Source: an uncultured Veillonellaceae bacterium (GTDB taxonomy: Bacteria; Bacillota; Negativicutes; JARBTT01). Taken from it: a stretch of 64,000 nt of DNA. The stretch covers positions 256,001 to 320,000 of the forward strand of contig CAWDTA010000004.1 in the NCBI GenBank assembly GCA_963805085.1. The letters run 5' to 3'. The translations under genes were made by a program, and so were the position numbers. Every line of letters begins with the position of its first letter. Position 1 is the first letter of the stretch. Positions 1 to 10,630 of the stretch are shown piece after piece. The notes beneath the pieces were generated by a model. It did not search any database. It was not told the origin of the DNA and saw only the letters and a list, made by a program, of their open reading frames with translations.

Positions 1-819
1 ATCGGCTCCGGCTCGGTCAAAAAGTTTACCAACAATCGGTCGAGTCAATACGATACTACAGGCAAATACGGCGAAAAATATGCTGGTATAGGTTGATAGA
101 CCTAATGCTTTAGTATATAAGGGAATAAACACCAACACTCCAGCATAAGCAAAGAACACAAAACCTCCGATTAGTGCCATTGGCAAAGCTTTTGGTTCGA
201 TGAAATTTACTATTTTAAAAGAAGAAGTCGTTTTAGTAACTGGCTGAATGATGGAATCTGGAAGAGGTTTTCGATTGCTACACCAAAAAGATAAGATAGC
301 TAAGGTGATACATCCTAAAAACAAGGGGCTGAATTCATTTTGTGAAATGATAAATAAGCCAAAAAACGGTCCAACTACCATGGCTAAATTAGAAAACACA
401 GCAAAATAGCCAATGCCTTCTCCTTTTCGCTCCATAGGCAGAATCAAGGCAGCTAAAGTGGCTACTGTAGTTGTTCCCACAGCAAATACCGCTCCATGAA
501 GCAAGCGAATAGCTAGTAAAAAAGATAAACTGTCCGCAACTAAATATAAGATGCTGATCAGAAGAAATATTAAAGAAGAAATAAAAAGCATTCTTTTCTT
601 ATTATATGTATCGTTCCATTTTCCAGCAAATGGGCGACAGCTAACTGCACCAATTTGGAAAAACGTCATAGCTAGTCCCGCTTGCCATTCATTACCATAA
701 AGATTTTCCATAACAAAAATTGGGAGCGTAGTAACAAGTGCATAATGCGTCATATATTGAAAAAAATTACTGAAACTCATTCCTAAAAATTCTGGTGTCC
801 ATAAAGATGGTTTTGTCAT
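1..819 (-). CDS. MFS transporter (3' end outside window)
   Basis: Manual translation from ATG at 819 (RBS AAGGGA): MTKPSLWTPEFLGMSFSNFF...RPFAGKWNDTYNKKR...IRLLHGAVFAVGTT...PMERKGEGIGYF; multiple TM helices and MFS motif A-like loop. Confidence 0.9.
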   Translation of the reverse strand, partial: MTKPSLWTPEFLGMSFSNFFQYMTHYALVTTLPIFVMENLYGNEWQAGLAMTFFQIGAVSCRPFAGKWNDTYNKKRMLFISSLIFLLISILYLVADSLSFLLAIRLLHGAVFAVGTTTVATLAALILPMERKGEGIGYFAVFSNLAMVVGPFFGLFIISQNEFSPLFLGCITLAILSFWCSNRKPLPDSIIQPVTKTTSSFKIVNFIEPKALPMALIGGFVFFAYAGVLVFIPLYTKALGLSTYTSIFFAVFACSIVLTRPIVGKLFDRAGAD

Positions 820-1022
820 AAAGATCCCTTCGATTCTATAAAAGCTAAGTTGATTTTACGTAATAAAGAAGTCAATGCATCAAAATTTTGCACACGCTAT
901 TCTTAAGGAATGTAGAGTCCTTTATCAAATGCAAGCAAAGACCATAGCATGATATAAATAGGTAAAGGGGTCTGTTTATTACTACAGCCCCCTCATCTAT
1001 AAAATATATTATATATTATATT

Positions 1023-2774
1023 TTATTTTTTATCTAAATAAGAAAAGTCATATTGCTTTTTAATCTTTTTATAACTGGTATGAAGTAATTTATGCGCTTT
1101 ATGGCTAAGTGGCGCTTCAAGATAATTTTTATATAGCGCGGTTACATCTGGATTTTCATGTGATTTTCTAATGATATGTGTTTGGTCGATATCATAAAGG
1201 GCATCCATACGTAATTTTTTAATGTCTGTTGTCGATTGAATCGGTTGTCCACCACCACCAATGCAGCCACCTGGGCAAGCCATAATTTCTACGAAAGTAT
1301 AATCACACTCGCCAGCTTTAATTGCTTCCATGATTTTCTGAGCATTTCTAAGACCATGCGCAATGGCAACTTTTACACTGGTATTACCAAGGCTAATTTC
1401 TGCTTCTTTTATGCCTTCCCAGCCACGAACTTCTTTGAAATCAAGGTCTTTTAATTCTGTACCTGTATACACTTCTGCTACAGTTCTTAGCGCAGCTTCC
1501 ATAACACCACCGCTGGTACCAAAAATAGCACCAGCACCACTGCCAAGACCAAGTGGGCTATCAAAAGAACCTTCATCAAGATTAACAAAATCAAGGCCAA
1601 CATATTTAATTAATTTACTTAATTCACGAGTCGTAAGAACAATATCCACATCTTTGATACCATCACGTCCCATTTCTGGACGGTCAGCTTCAAATTTTTT
1701 CGCAACACATGGCATAATAGAAACCGTCACGATATCCTTGATATCAATACCAGAAACTTCCGGATAATACGATTTTGAAATTGCACCAAAGATTTGTTGT
1801 GGTGATTTTGCACTAGAAAGATGATCAATATAATCGCCATAATGTTTTTCCATATAGTTTACCCACCCAGAACTACACGACGTAATCATTGGCAATTTAC
1901 CATTATTTTTAATACGATCCAATAACTCACTGCCTTCTTCCATAATGGTAACATCAGCAGCAAAGTTTGTATCAAACACTTTATCGAAGCCAAGCATTTT
2001 AAGAGCCGTCACCATTTTTCCAGTAACGATTGCGCCTTTTGGTAAACCAAATTCATCACCAATCGCCACGCGAACAGATGGCGCCACTTGTACGATAACA
2101 TGCTTACTTGGATTCTGCAGTACGTTTAAGACTTTTTGCGTATTATCACGTTCAACGATTGCCCCTACTGGGCACACCGAACTACATTGCCCACAAAGAA
2201 TACAGTCTGTTTCTAGTAGTGGTTTATTATAAGCAGTCGTTACTGCAAAATCTTCCGAACGCCCAGAGTAAGTCAAGGCATTAACGCCTTGCACCTCATT
2301 ACAGACTTTTACGCAACGACCGCATTTTACACATTTGGCCAAATCACGCACAATGCTTGGATTTTTATCATTTATAACACATGGTTCGCTAACTCTTTCT
2401 AGTTGAGGTTTTAACACATTAAAGCGACTACATAAATTTTGTAAATCACAATTCTGATTTCTCGCACAAGACAAACAGTTTTGCTCGTGGTTTGCTAAGA
2501 TAAGTTCTAAAATCCCCACTTGCGTATCACGAACCAGTTTGGTATCGGTATGAATTTCCATGCCTTCCCACACTTCGGTAGAACAGGCTGCGAGGAGTCG
2601 TCTACTACCAACAACTTCAACAGTACAAATTCTACAATGAGCTTTGATTGTTTGATCAGGATGATAACAAAGATGAGGAATATCGATATGTATTTTTTTA
2701 GCCGCTTCTAGTATTTTTGTACCTTGCTCTACTTGAAGGGGAATATTATTGATTTTTATATTAACTGTACTCAA
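1023..2774 (-). CDS. hydA: [FeFe]-hydrogenase catalytic subunit, group A3 type
   Basis: N-terminal 2Fe-2S, His-ligated and 2x[4Fe-4S] Cys motifs; H-cluster motifs TSCSSGW, MPCVAKKFE, EIMACPGGCIGGGGQP. Confidence 0.95.
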   Translation of the reverse strand: MSTVNIKINNIPLQVEQGTKILEAAKKIHIDIPHLCYHPDQTIKAHCRICTVEVVGSRRLLAACSTEVWEGMEIHTDTKLVRDTQVGILELILANHEQNCLSCARNQNCDLQNLCSRFNVLKPQLERVSEPCVINDKNPSIVRDLAKCVKCGRCVKVCNEVQGVNALTYSGRSEDFAVTTAYNKPLLETDCILCGQCSSVCPVGAIVERDNTQKVLNVLQNPSKHVIVQVAPSVRVAIGDEFGLPKGAIVTGKMVTALKMLGFDKVFDTNFAADVTIMEEGSELLDRIKNNGKLPMITSCSSGWVNYMEKHYGDYIDHLSSAKSPQQIFGAISKSYYPEVSGIDIKDIVTVSIMPCVAKKFEADRPEMGRDGIKDVDIVLTTRELSKLIKYVGLDFVNLDEGSFDSPLGLGSGAGAIFGTSGGVMEAALRTVAEVYTGTELKDLDFKEVRGWEGIKEAEISLGNTSVKVAIAHGLRNAQKIMEAIKAGECDYTFVEIMACPGGCIGGGGQPIQSTTDIKKLRMDALYDIDQTHIIRKSHENPDVTALYKNYLEAPLSHKAHKLLHTSYKKIKKQYDFSYLDKK

Positions 2775-2789
2775 AATCTACACCTCATT

Positions 2790-4031
2790 TTATTTAATTT
2801 GAAAATCTTCTTCAAAATTTTTCATAGCGGAAACCAATGCACTTTGGGCAGTTTCACCTAAACCACATAAAGAAGACATCGCCATAATTTTCGCAATTTT
2901 ATGCATAGAACCTAAATCAGCTGTCGTATGCGTACCTTCTGCGACTTTTTTTAGTAACAATTTTATATGACGATTTCCCTCTCTACAAGGAGTACATTGT
3001 CCACAACTTTCATGAGAGAAAAATTCCTGTGTAGTTTTTAAGAAATCAATCACACTCGTGCGGTCATCTACTACTAGAATCGCACCTGAGCCTACACCTA
3101 CACCAGCTTTTCGTAAATCTTCATACGTGTAAGGCGTATCTAAAATGCTTTTTGGTGCTATTTTACCAGACGCACCACCGAATTGAATCAATTTGATTTC
3201 ATTATCGTCCACGATACCACCAGCTAAACCATAAACAATATCACGAACCGTAACCCCAAATGGAATTTCAAAAACACCTGGATTTTTTACATTACCACCA
3301 ACGCTAACTAATTTCGTTCCTACCGAGCCTTCTGTGCCATATGTTAAATATTTTTTTTCATCATCTAATAAAATGCTGCTTACTAGTGATAGACTTTCCA
3401 CATTATTTACACAAGTAGGCAAATTAAACAAACCACATTGTTTGATAAATGGCGGTTTCATCCTAGGACGACCACTTTTTCCTTCTATGGATTCCACGAG
3501 TGCAGTACCTTCACCACATACATAAGCACCAGCACCAGAATAAAGATGAATATTATAGTTAAAGCCTTTACCTAAGATGTTCTCACCTAAGAAGCCATAG
3601 GTTTTTGCTTGTTTTATTGCATCTAAAATAAGTGGTCTAAGATGGCTATATTCTTCGCGTAAATAGATGTAACCGTTTTGCGCATCAACTGTATAACCAG
3701 CAATAATCATCCCTTCGATTAGATTAAAAGGATCGTTTTCAATTAAGGTACGATCTTTAAATGTACAAGGCTCTCCTTCGTCGGCATTACAAACTACCAC
3801 TTTATTATCGGCAATAACCGATTTTGCCTGTGCCCATTTTCTTCCCATATCATAGCCTGCACCACCACGACCTTTGATTTGTGCCATTGCAAGCATCGAT
3901 GCTATTTCTTCCCCTGTCATATTAACCGCTTTTTTCAAAGCGTTAAATCCGCCAATTGCCATATAAGAACCAATGGATTTGACGTCATATTTACCAAAGT
4001 TTTTTGTCATAAAACACACAGCTTTACTCAT
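2790..4031 (-). CDS. hydB: NuoF-like NADH/FMN-binding hydrogenase subunit (short form)
   Basis: GRGGAG, CNADEGEPCTFKDR, GAGAYVCGEGTAL, ESCGQCTPCREG...SLCGLG. Confidence 0.93.
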   Translation of the reverse strand: MSKAVCFMTKNFGKYDVKSIGSYMAIGGFNALKKAVNMTGEEIASMLAMAQIKGRGGAGYDMGRKWAQAKSVIADNKVVVCNADEGEPCTFKDRTLIENDPFNLIEGMIIAGYTVDAQNGYIYLREEYSHLRPLILDAIKQAKTYGFLGENILGKGFNYNIHLYSGAGAYVCGEGTALVESIEGKSGRPRMKPPFIKQCGLFNLPTCVNNVESLSLVSSILLDDEKKYLTYGTEGSVGTKLVSVGGNVKNPGVFEIPFGVTVRDIVYGLAGGIVDDNEIKLIQFGGASGKIAPKSILDTPYTYEDLRKAGVGVGSGAILVVDDRTSVIDFLKTTQEFFSHESCGQCTPCREGNRHIKLLLKKVAEGTHTTADLGSMHKIAKIMAMSSLCGLGETAQSALVSAMKNFEEDFQIK

Positions 4032-4047
4032 TGGGCTCTTCTCTCCT

Positions 4048-4545
4048 TTAAATCAATTCATTTAACATATCAGCAATTTTTTCTTTTGTGGTCAGATGGC
4101 CATACACTTTGCCATTTACCCTTACCGCTGGTGCGACATCACATGCACCAAAGCATGCTACACTCTCTAATGTAAACCGACCATCATAAGTAACCTCGTT
4201 TAATTCAATGTTTAACAGTTCTTTTAACGTTTCAAATAAATTATCATTATGATTAATTTTACAAACAATACTATTGCAAACTTGAATCGGATATTTTGCT
4301 CTAGGCTTATCTGATATAGATGAATAAAATGTAATACAATCATAAATTGTCGTAATTTTAACATCTAATTTATCTGCCAAATAATAAGCTACTTCTGTTG
4401 GAATGTAGTGATTAGGAACCACTTCTTGAATATCGAGTAAGATACCAACCAGTTTAGAACCGTCAGTGTCATGCGCAAATAAGATAAGATCAATTTGCTT
4501 TGCAAGTTCTTTTGTTAAAACTTTGTCATTTGTAGCGAATGCCAT
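4048..4545 (-). CDS. hydC: NuoE-like 2Fe-2S hydrogenase subunit
   Basis: VCNSIVC and ACFGACDVAP motifs; start moved to ATG 4545 after RBS GAGGGGG. Confidence 0.92.
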   Translation of the reverse strand: MAFATNDKVLTKELAKQIDLILFAHDTDGSKLVGILLDIQEVVPNHYIPTEVAYYLADKLDVKITTIYDCITFYSSISDKPRAKYPIQVCNSIVCKINHNDNLFETLKELLNIELNEVTYDGRFTLESVACFGACDVAPAVRVNGKVYGHLTTKEKIADMLNELI

Positions 4546-5084
4546 AATAAAAAAATACCCCCTCATTATAATGAAATTAACTATAACCGATAAATCAACG
4601 GATACTGTATACGTATTTACCTAAAAAAAAATTTTTTCTAAATTGTCACACAATGAAGATACACATCAATCAATTATAAAATTCTTAGCTCTATGATAGA
4701 TAATTAAAGTAATTAATTTACAATATTCGTCAATTAAATTGTGACATTGATACTTATTCTATATGATAGGTACTAAATCCTTTTCAGAATATCTATAAAT
4801 AAAAAGTTGTAATTTTATGAAAATTTAAAACCGCAATTTTCTTGGAAACACAAGAAATACGTGGTTTTTTTCACATTATTCTTCATGTATAAAAATTCAC
4901 AAAAACAAGTATTTATCCAAATATACTTCCCCTAGGAAACATTCACGGAATAAATTACCAATTCAAATGAACTTCAAAAAATTAGTGTTTATGATTGAAC
5001 TTATAACAAAGCAAGAACAGCATACTTGTCATACATACTTTAAAGTACGATTTATATTTATCAATTGAAGGGATATGATCTTCC

Positions 5085-6740
5085 ATGAAAAAAAAAATTT
5101 TAACCAACTGCATCGTTACTGTTTTGGCCTGTAGTTTTTCAGCAACTGCATTTGCCAGCACTCTGAACTTTGTTCCACAGATGCCACCAGAAGGCTTTGC
5201 TCAGCCGCCACAAATGACCGGACAAAATCAACCACAAAATCCTGAACAAGAAATCAAAAACATTCTTACTAACTTAGTTAACGAGGGTACTATCACGCAA
5301 GAGCAATCAGATAGTATCTCTAAAACCTTTAAAAATAAAATGGAACCACATCAACCAGCTGGTCAACCGCCTCAAATGGACGGTCAACATCAGCCACCGA
5401 ATCCTGAACAAGATGTCAAAAATATTCTCGCTGATCTTGTCAAAGATGACACCATCACACAAGATCAAGCAGAAACAATCGCTAAAGCCTTTAAAAATAA
5501 AATGGGTCCACATCAATCAATTGATCACCAACAACAATCAGATAAAATAGCGACCCTTGGTGCTTATACACAAAAAAATAAAAATATTACACAAAAAAAT
5601 AAAATCTATGCTGCAGCAAAACAAAATCAATCGGCAATCAAAGTAACCGATGGTGGTAAATTGACAATAGTGCAAGCAACCATCAATAAAACAGGTAATA
5701 GCACCTCTGAAGAAGATAGTAATTTCTATGGGTTAAATGCCGGAGTCCTTGCCGAATCTGCTGCTACAATTTATATTACCGATGCAAAAATAACAACCAA
5801 CGCTGAAGGTTCAAATGCAATTTTTGCAACTGGCAAAAACTCTGTCATTAACCTATCTAATGTTAAAATTAATACCGATGCAAGTTCTTCGCGGGGTCTT
5901 GATGCTACGTTAACAGGTACAGTAAATGCAACGAATGTTGATATCACAACGCAAGGTGCTCATTGTGCTGCACTTGCAACTGACCGAGGCAACGGTACAA
6001 TCAATGTAATCGGTGGTACTATGCATACTGCTGGTGATGGCTCCCCTGGTATCTATTCCACTGGTGACATCAATGTATCGGATGCGACACTTACTGCTAC
6101 AGGGTCAGAAGCCGCAGTCGTTGAAGGAAAAAATACGATTACATTAAATAACACCACATTGTCTGGGACAAAGAATCAAGGCGTTATGCTTTATCAAAGT
6201 TTCTCCGGTGATGCTGAGTTAGGAACAAGTAAATTCACGATGAATGGCGGCTCACTTACAGCTGAAGAAGGTCCTCTATTCTACGTGACAAATACTGAAT
6301 CCATCATTAAATTAAACAACGCGAATTTACAGCAAAACTCTGGCATTCTCTTAAATGTCGGTGCTGGTAAATGGGGTAATCAAGGATCAAATGGTGCAAC
6401 CGTTGAATTTAACGCGCAAAATCAACTCTTAGATGGTGATATCATCTGCGATACTATCAGTACTGTACAATTAAACTTACAGGAAAATTCTAAATTAAAT
6501 GGTTCTATAAACAAAGAAAACACAGCAAAATCGTTATCCTTAACATTGGATAAAACAAGTTCTTGGAATGTAACTGCCAACAGTTATCTAAACACCTTAA
6601 CCACTGCTGATTCTACGTTATCCAATATAGCTGATAATGGCTTCACGATTTACTACGACGCAAACAATCTAGCCAACCAATGGTTAGGTAGTAATACTTA
6701 TATACTAAAAGATGGTGGTAAATTAACCCCAAAGAGCTAA
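5085..6740 (+). CDS. Secreted protein with duplicated N-terminal helical domain and C-terminal right-handed beta-helix-like region
   Basis: Sec signal (MKKKIL...AFA); Q/P-rich repeats; T/N/G-rich strand repeats (ITT.G..S.A(I/L)...). Confidence 0.7.
   Translation: MKKKILTNCIVTVLACSFSATAFASTLNFVPQMPPEGFAQPPQMTGQNQPQNPEQEIKNILTNLVNEGTITQEQSDSISKTFKNKMEPHQPAGQPPQMDGQHQPPNPEQDVKNILADLVKDDTITQDQAETIAKAFKNKMGPHQSIDHQQQSDKIATLGAYTQKNKNITQKNKIYAAAKQNQSAIKVTDGGKLTIVQATINKTGNSTSEEDSNFYGLNAGVLAESAATIYITDAKITTNAEGSNAIFATGKNSVINLSNVKINTDASSSRGLDATLTGTVNATNVDITTQGAHCAALATDRGNGTINVIGGTMHTAGDGSPGIYSTGDINVSDATLTATGSEAAVVEGKNTITLNNTTLSGTKNQGVMLYQSFSGDAELGTSKFTMNGGSLTAEEGPLFYVTNTESIIKLNNANLQQNSGILLNVGAGKWGNQGSNGATVEFNAQNQLLDGDIICDTISTVQLNLQENSKLNGSINKENTAKSLSLTLDKTSSWNVTANSYLNTLTTADSTLSNIADNGFTIYYDANNLANQWLGSNTYILKDGGKLTPKS
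5205..5516 (+). repeat. Two-copy 162-nt (54-aa) intragenic tandem duplication
   Basis: PPQMTGQNQPQNPEQEIKNILTNLVNEGTITQEQSDSISKTFKNKM vs PPQMDGQHQPPNPEQDVKNILADLVKDDTITQDQAETIAKAFKNKM, starting at 5205 and 5367. Confidence 0.9.
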
Positions 6741-6749
6741 ATAATCAGC

Positions 6750-6795
6750 AAAATACCGTATTGATCGATTTAATTTTGATCAATACGGTATTTTT
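6750..6795. terminator. Bidirectional intrinsic terminator
   Basis: AAAATACCGTATTGATC...GATCAATACGGTATTTTT between convergent genes. Confidence 0.85.
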
Positions 6796-6860
6796 AATGA
6801 AAGATGATGTTAAAAACATACTTGAACAATTTTTGCAATCTGGTAAATCAATTGTTTACT

Positions 6861-7400
6861 TTAAAACAAAGGTGGAATGAGTCGATAAATAATATCATGC
6901 AGCAAATTATCATCATTACTTACACCGATGATATCTGCGACTTTTTTCACCTCTGGCTCTGCATTGGCTGGAGCGACACCTAAATACGCTAGTTTTATCA
7001 TTTCGATATCATTTTGAAAATCACCAGTCGCAACAACGACTTTATTTTTATATTCTTCCATTTTTAAAATTTTTCACCAAGCATACTGCCTTTTGATATC
7101 GCTTTACCAACAAGTTCTAGATAAATTGGAGCAGAAAAGAAGTAGTTCATCGCCTCATCCAGCTGGAATTTTACTAATACTTCACGAACGGTAAGTAAAT
7201 TCTCATTTGTATCACACAAAAGAATATTGATCCATTCTTCACCTAAAATTTCATCTAGCTTTGCATAAACAAATGCTTCTTTTTCACGTTCCATATGCTC
7301 ATCAACATTTTAGGCTCGGTAACTTATCGCCACCACCGCAACCAGCTAATAGCGTAGTAGCTAAGACTAGCATCATCAATAACGACATCATCTTTTTCAT
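6861..7400 (-). pseudogene. Frameshifted lipoprotein gene in three pieces (7400-7302, 7294-7064, 7061-6861)
   Basis: RBS GGAGG then MKKMMSLLMMLVLATTLLAGC lipobox, stopping after 32 codons; frames can be joined by single-base changes in A-runs at 7308-7311 and 7070-7074. Confidence 0.55.
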
Positions 7401-7690
7401 AAGACTTTCCTCCATTTCTATAATTTCTATTTGTATTCATTGTATATAATGAATATTCTAAACAATCACAAAATTAATTTAAATGCCCCAAATACTGAAC
7501 TTCGTGATTTTTTTATTTAAAACTTCCAATTTGTTTTATTCTCTCACTTGCTAAAGAACAGAATAAGGCGTATTTAACAATTCTCTCTTGTCAAATACAC
7601 CTTATTCTCATCATTTATTTTCTTTTTAAAATATCTTAGCAATTCTCAATATAAAACTCCTATAATCCGCCTTGCGCAATGTTTTATAGA

Positions 7691-9418
7691 TTAAATATAG
7701 TATTCCAGATTCTCTGCCGTAAGTTTTTCTAAATAGCGCACTGCTTTAAATTGCCCGAATTGAAACCATTGATTGCTAAACTTTGCATTCACAGAATCTG
7801 TTTCTAACGAATCAACCGCCTGCATAAAATTCTGAAATTCTTTTTCTGAATGTACCTTGATTCCTGCACCGCCGATTTCAACCAAAGTTTCTCCCAAATA
7901 GCGATATGCAGCTAGATCGACAATACTGCGTAGTTTAGCATTTCTTACTTGTGCAATTCTTTTATGCTGTAGATCAACGAGTGAGAAATCAACCGGGTAT
8001 TCGTAGGTTTGCCCCGTTACCGGCAAAACATCACCAGTTTTAAAATCACGTAGCTTACCAGAAATCTTTTTCACTGTATTTTCTGCTAACACATAATAGA
8101 ATTCATCAAAACAACTGATCTCTATGTGTTTTTCTTGATCACTGAGCGTGCTTTTACTGGTAACTTTTTCGGCAAGCCCGGAAACAATGCCACCACCACA
8201 GACATCATAGCCATCCACAATGACAAACCGCCCCGTATGCTGATTGTTTTTAAATGCATCCAGACAGATTTTTATCTTGGTTTTGATAATAACTTCCGCA
8301 ACATCATTGAGTTTTACCTGTTTTGCTTGCTCAACACTGTCCAAAGTTGTCGCATCAATTACTTGGGTAATATCAACGATTTCACAGCTCACCTCTTGCG
8401 TAGCTAGCTTCAATATATATTCTTTATGCTTCACAAGCTCTTTTTTACCTAACCAAAAAAGATTGACCTTAAACGTATCCGTCACCAAAGGCTGATCCTC
8501 TAAATGACTGATAAATTCACCCCGTTGGTTGAAAAATTCATCAGCCACCGTAATGCCAACCGACATCCCTGCTGTTACCTTGTCTTGCTCATCTTTATCT
8601 ACCCAATGTTCAATACTTTTTACCGTCGTCACTTTCTGACTTGGCGAAATTAAAATTTTATCACCCACCCGCAACGTACCGGCTTCGATCCGCCCCGCAA
8701 TAATCCGACGATGATCAAATTTATATACATCTTGTATCGGAAACCGCAATGGCTTTCCTTCTAAACTATTATCTTTTTCAAAAAGGTCAATCGCCTTAAG
8801 CAGTGGTTCCCCTTGATACCATGGCATCTTATCGGAAGTCGCTGTAATATTTTCACCATAAAAGCCTGAAATAGGGATATATTTAAGTGGATATACCTGT
8901 AAATCATGCAGAAAAACATTCATCTCTTGACGAATCTGGTTAAACTGCTCTTCTGAATAATCGATTAAATCCATCTTGTTCATGAGTACATAGACTTTTT
9001 GAATGCCTAGTAATGACAATATATAACCATGACGACGCGACTGCTCTTGAATCCCTTCATTGGCATCAATAATAAGCAATGCCGCTTCCGCATTTGCCGC
9101 TCCTGAAATCATGTTTTTCAAGAATTCTTTATGACCAGGGGCATCAATAATAACATAGTCGCGCGCCTCGGTGCAAAATTGCAGCTGCGTTGTATCAATG
9201 GTAATCCCTTGCTTTTGCTCTTCTTCAAACGCATCTAATAAATAGGCATATTCAAAAGGTTTCCCCTTTTCCTTTGCAATTCTTTTTACTTTTTCCACTG
9301 CACCTTCCGTTAAGGAATGGGTATCATATAATAAACGGCCAATTACCGTTGATTTTCCATGATCTACATGACCTACGACGACAATATTTAATACTTCTCT
9401 ATCTACATTTGTACTCAC
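7691..9418 (-). CDS. cysN: Sulfate adenylyltransferase large (GTPase) subunit with C-terminal extension
   Basis: [27 protein letters not shown]; next to cysD. Confidence 0.92.
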   Translation of the reverse strand: MSTNVDREVLNIVVVGHVDHGKSTVIGRLLYDTHSLTEGAVEKVKRIAKEKGKPFEYAYLLDAFEEEQKQGITIDTTQLQFCTEARDYVIIDAPGHKEFLKNMISGAANAEAALLIIDANEGIQEQSRRHGYILSLLGIQKVYVLMNKMDLIDYSEEQFNQIRQEMNVFLHDLQVYPLKYIPISGFYGENITATSDKMPWYQGEPLLKAIDLFEKDNSLEGKPLRFPIQDVYKFDHRRIIAGRIEAGTLRVGDKILISPSQKVTTVKSIEHWVDKDEQDKVTAGMSVGITVADEFFNQRGEFISHLEDQPLVTDTFKVNLFWLGKKELVKHKEYILKLATQEVSCEIVDITQVIDATTLDSVEQAKQVKLNDVAEVIIKTKIKICLDAFKNNQHTGRFVIVDGYDVCGGGIVSGLAEKVTSKSTLSDQEKHIEISCFDEFYYVLAENTVKKISGKLRDFKTGDVLPVTGQTYEYPVDFSLVDLQHKRIAQVRNAKLRSIVDLAAYRYLGETLVEIGGAGIKVHSEKEFQNFMQAVDSLETDSVNAKFSNQWFQFGQFKAVRYLEKLTAENLEYYI

Positions 9419-9481
9419 AGGATTACCTCCATCTTCTCTTTAATCTTTAACATGGCATTATTACTCTTTAACTTTCTCTTT

Positions 9482-10282
9482 TTACATGTAACCATCTTTG
9501 CGAAGTTTTTGCATAGCATAAGAATCTTCCTGATCCTGCGCACGACCAGCGCGTTCGCTCACCTTGGTATTTTTCAATTCTTCAATAATCTCAGGAATCG
9601 TAATTGCCTCTGAATCAATTTGTCCTGTACAAGGCGCACAACCTAAACTGCGATAACGTTTCCCATTTTTCGCAAAATATAAATCGACAACTGGAATTTG
9701 TTCACGTTCGATATATGCCCAGATATCAAGTTCATTCCAATGTAAAATTGGATGTACCCGAATATGATTTCCTTTCGGAAAATCTGTTTTGAATTGATCC
9801 CATAATTCTGGTGGTTGATTGGTATAGTCCCATTCTGAATCTTTGTTGCGTTCACTAAATACTCTTTCTTTAGAACGCGAGCCTTCTTCATCACGCCGAA
9901 TCCCCAAAATTAATCCTTCAAATTCATATTGTGTTACCACCTGCTGCAACCCGTCAGTTTTCAAAGCTTTACAGCAGACCAAGCGTCCCTTTTCCGGGCC
10001 CATCCCAGCTTTTAACGCTGCTTCATTTGAATGCACGATTAAATCCAATCCATATTCTTTCGCCATCTGATCGCGAAAAGCAATCATTTCAGGAATTTTA
10101 TACTTTGTATCCACATGAATAAACGGAAACGGACAGTGACCAAAAAAAGCCTTTTTTGCTAGCCACAATAATACCGTAGAATCTTTGCCTATTGACCACA
10201 ACATGCCTAGCTTACCAAATTTTTTATAAGCTTCGCGTAATATATAAATACTTTGTGCTTCTAATCTATCTAAATGATCCAT
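9482..10282 (-). CDS. cysD: Sulfate adenylyltransferase small subunit
   Basis: SIGKDS PP-loop, [25 protein letters not shown]. Confidence 0.95.
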   Translation of the reverse strand: MDHLDRLEAQSIYILREAYKKFGKLGMLWSIGKDSTVLLWLAKKAFFGHCPFPFIHVDTKYKIPEMIAFRDQMAKEYGLDLIVHSNEAALKAGMGPEKGRLVCCKALKTDGLQQVVTQYEFEGLILGIRRDEEGSRSKERVFSERNKDSEWDYTNQPPELWDQFKTDFPKGNHIRVHPILHWNELDIWAYIEREQIPVVDLYFAKNGKRYRSLGCAPCTGQIDSEAITIPEIIEELKNTKVSERAGRAQDQEDSYAMQKLRKDGYM

Positions 10283-10315
10283 TTTACCTACTCCTTTACT
10301 CTCTATAACTTTTAA

Positions 10316-10630
10316 TTAATAGGCATTGGCCTTTTGCTGATCAATGGTAATCACCGTTTCTTTTCCTTCAGGAGAAATGACGTGCCAATGCAAAAAACCA
10401 TTTTCTTTCTTCGTAAATAACAAACTACCCCGACCGCCAATATCAGCACCTAAATAATAATAAATGGCCTGATATGCACATTCTTTTACACAGGAAGTGC
10501 AGCCCCAGCAATCTTTGGGCTGCTGGATACAAGCTTTACCTTTATCATTTTGGGTTAATAGATTGCCAGGACACACCTGCTGACATTTTCCACACCCACG
10601 ACATTTTTTCTGATCAATTGTTATGCTCAT
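10316..10630 (-). CDS. aprB: Adenylylsulfate reductase beta subunit (2x[4Fe-4S])
   Basis: CRGCGKC...CP and CWGCTSCVKEC; overlaps aprA. Confidence 0.85.
   Translation of the reverse strand: MSITIDQKKCRGCGKCQQVCPGNLLTQNDKGKACIQQPKDCWGCTSCVKECAYQAIYYYLGADIGGRGSLLFTKKENGFLHWHVISPEGKETVITIDQQKANAY

Noticed and set aside
4636-4902. Rex-like boxes upstream of hydC (e.g. ATGTATAAAAATTCACAA at 4885-4902)
   Set aside because: Only half-site matches in very AT-rich DNA; plausible but not supportable.
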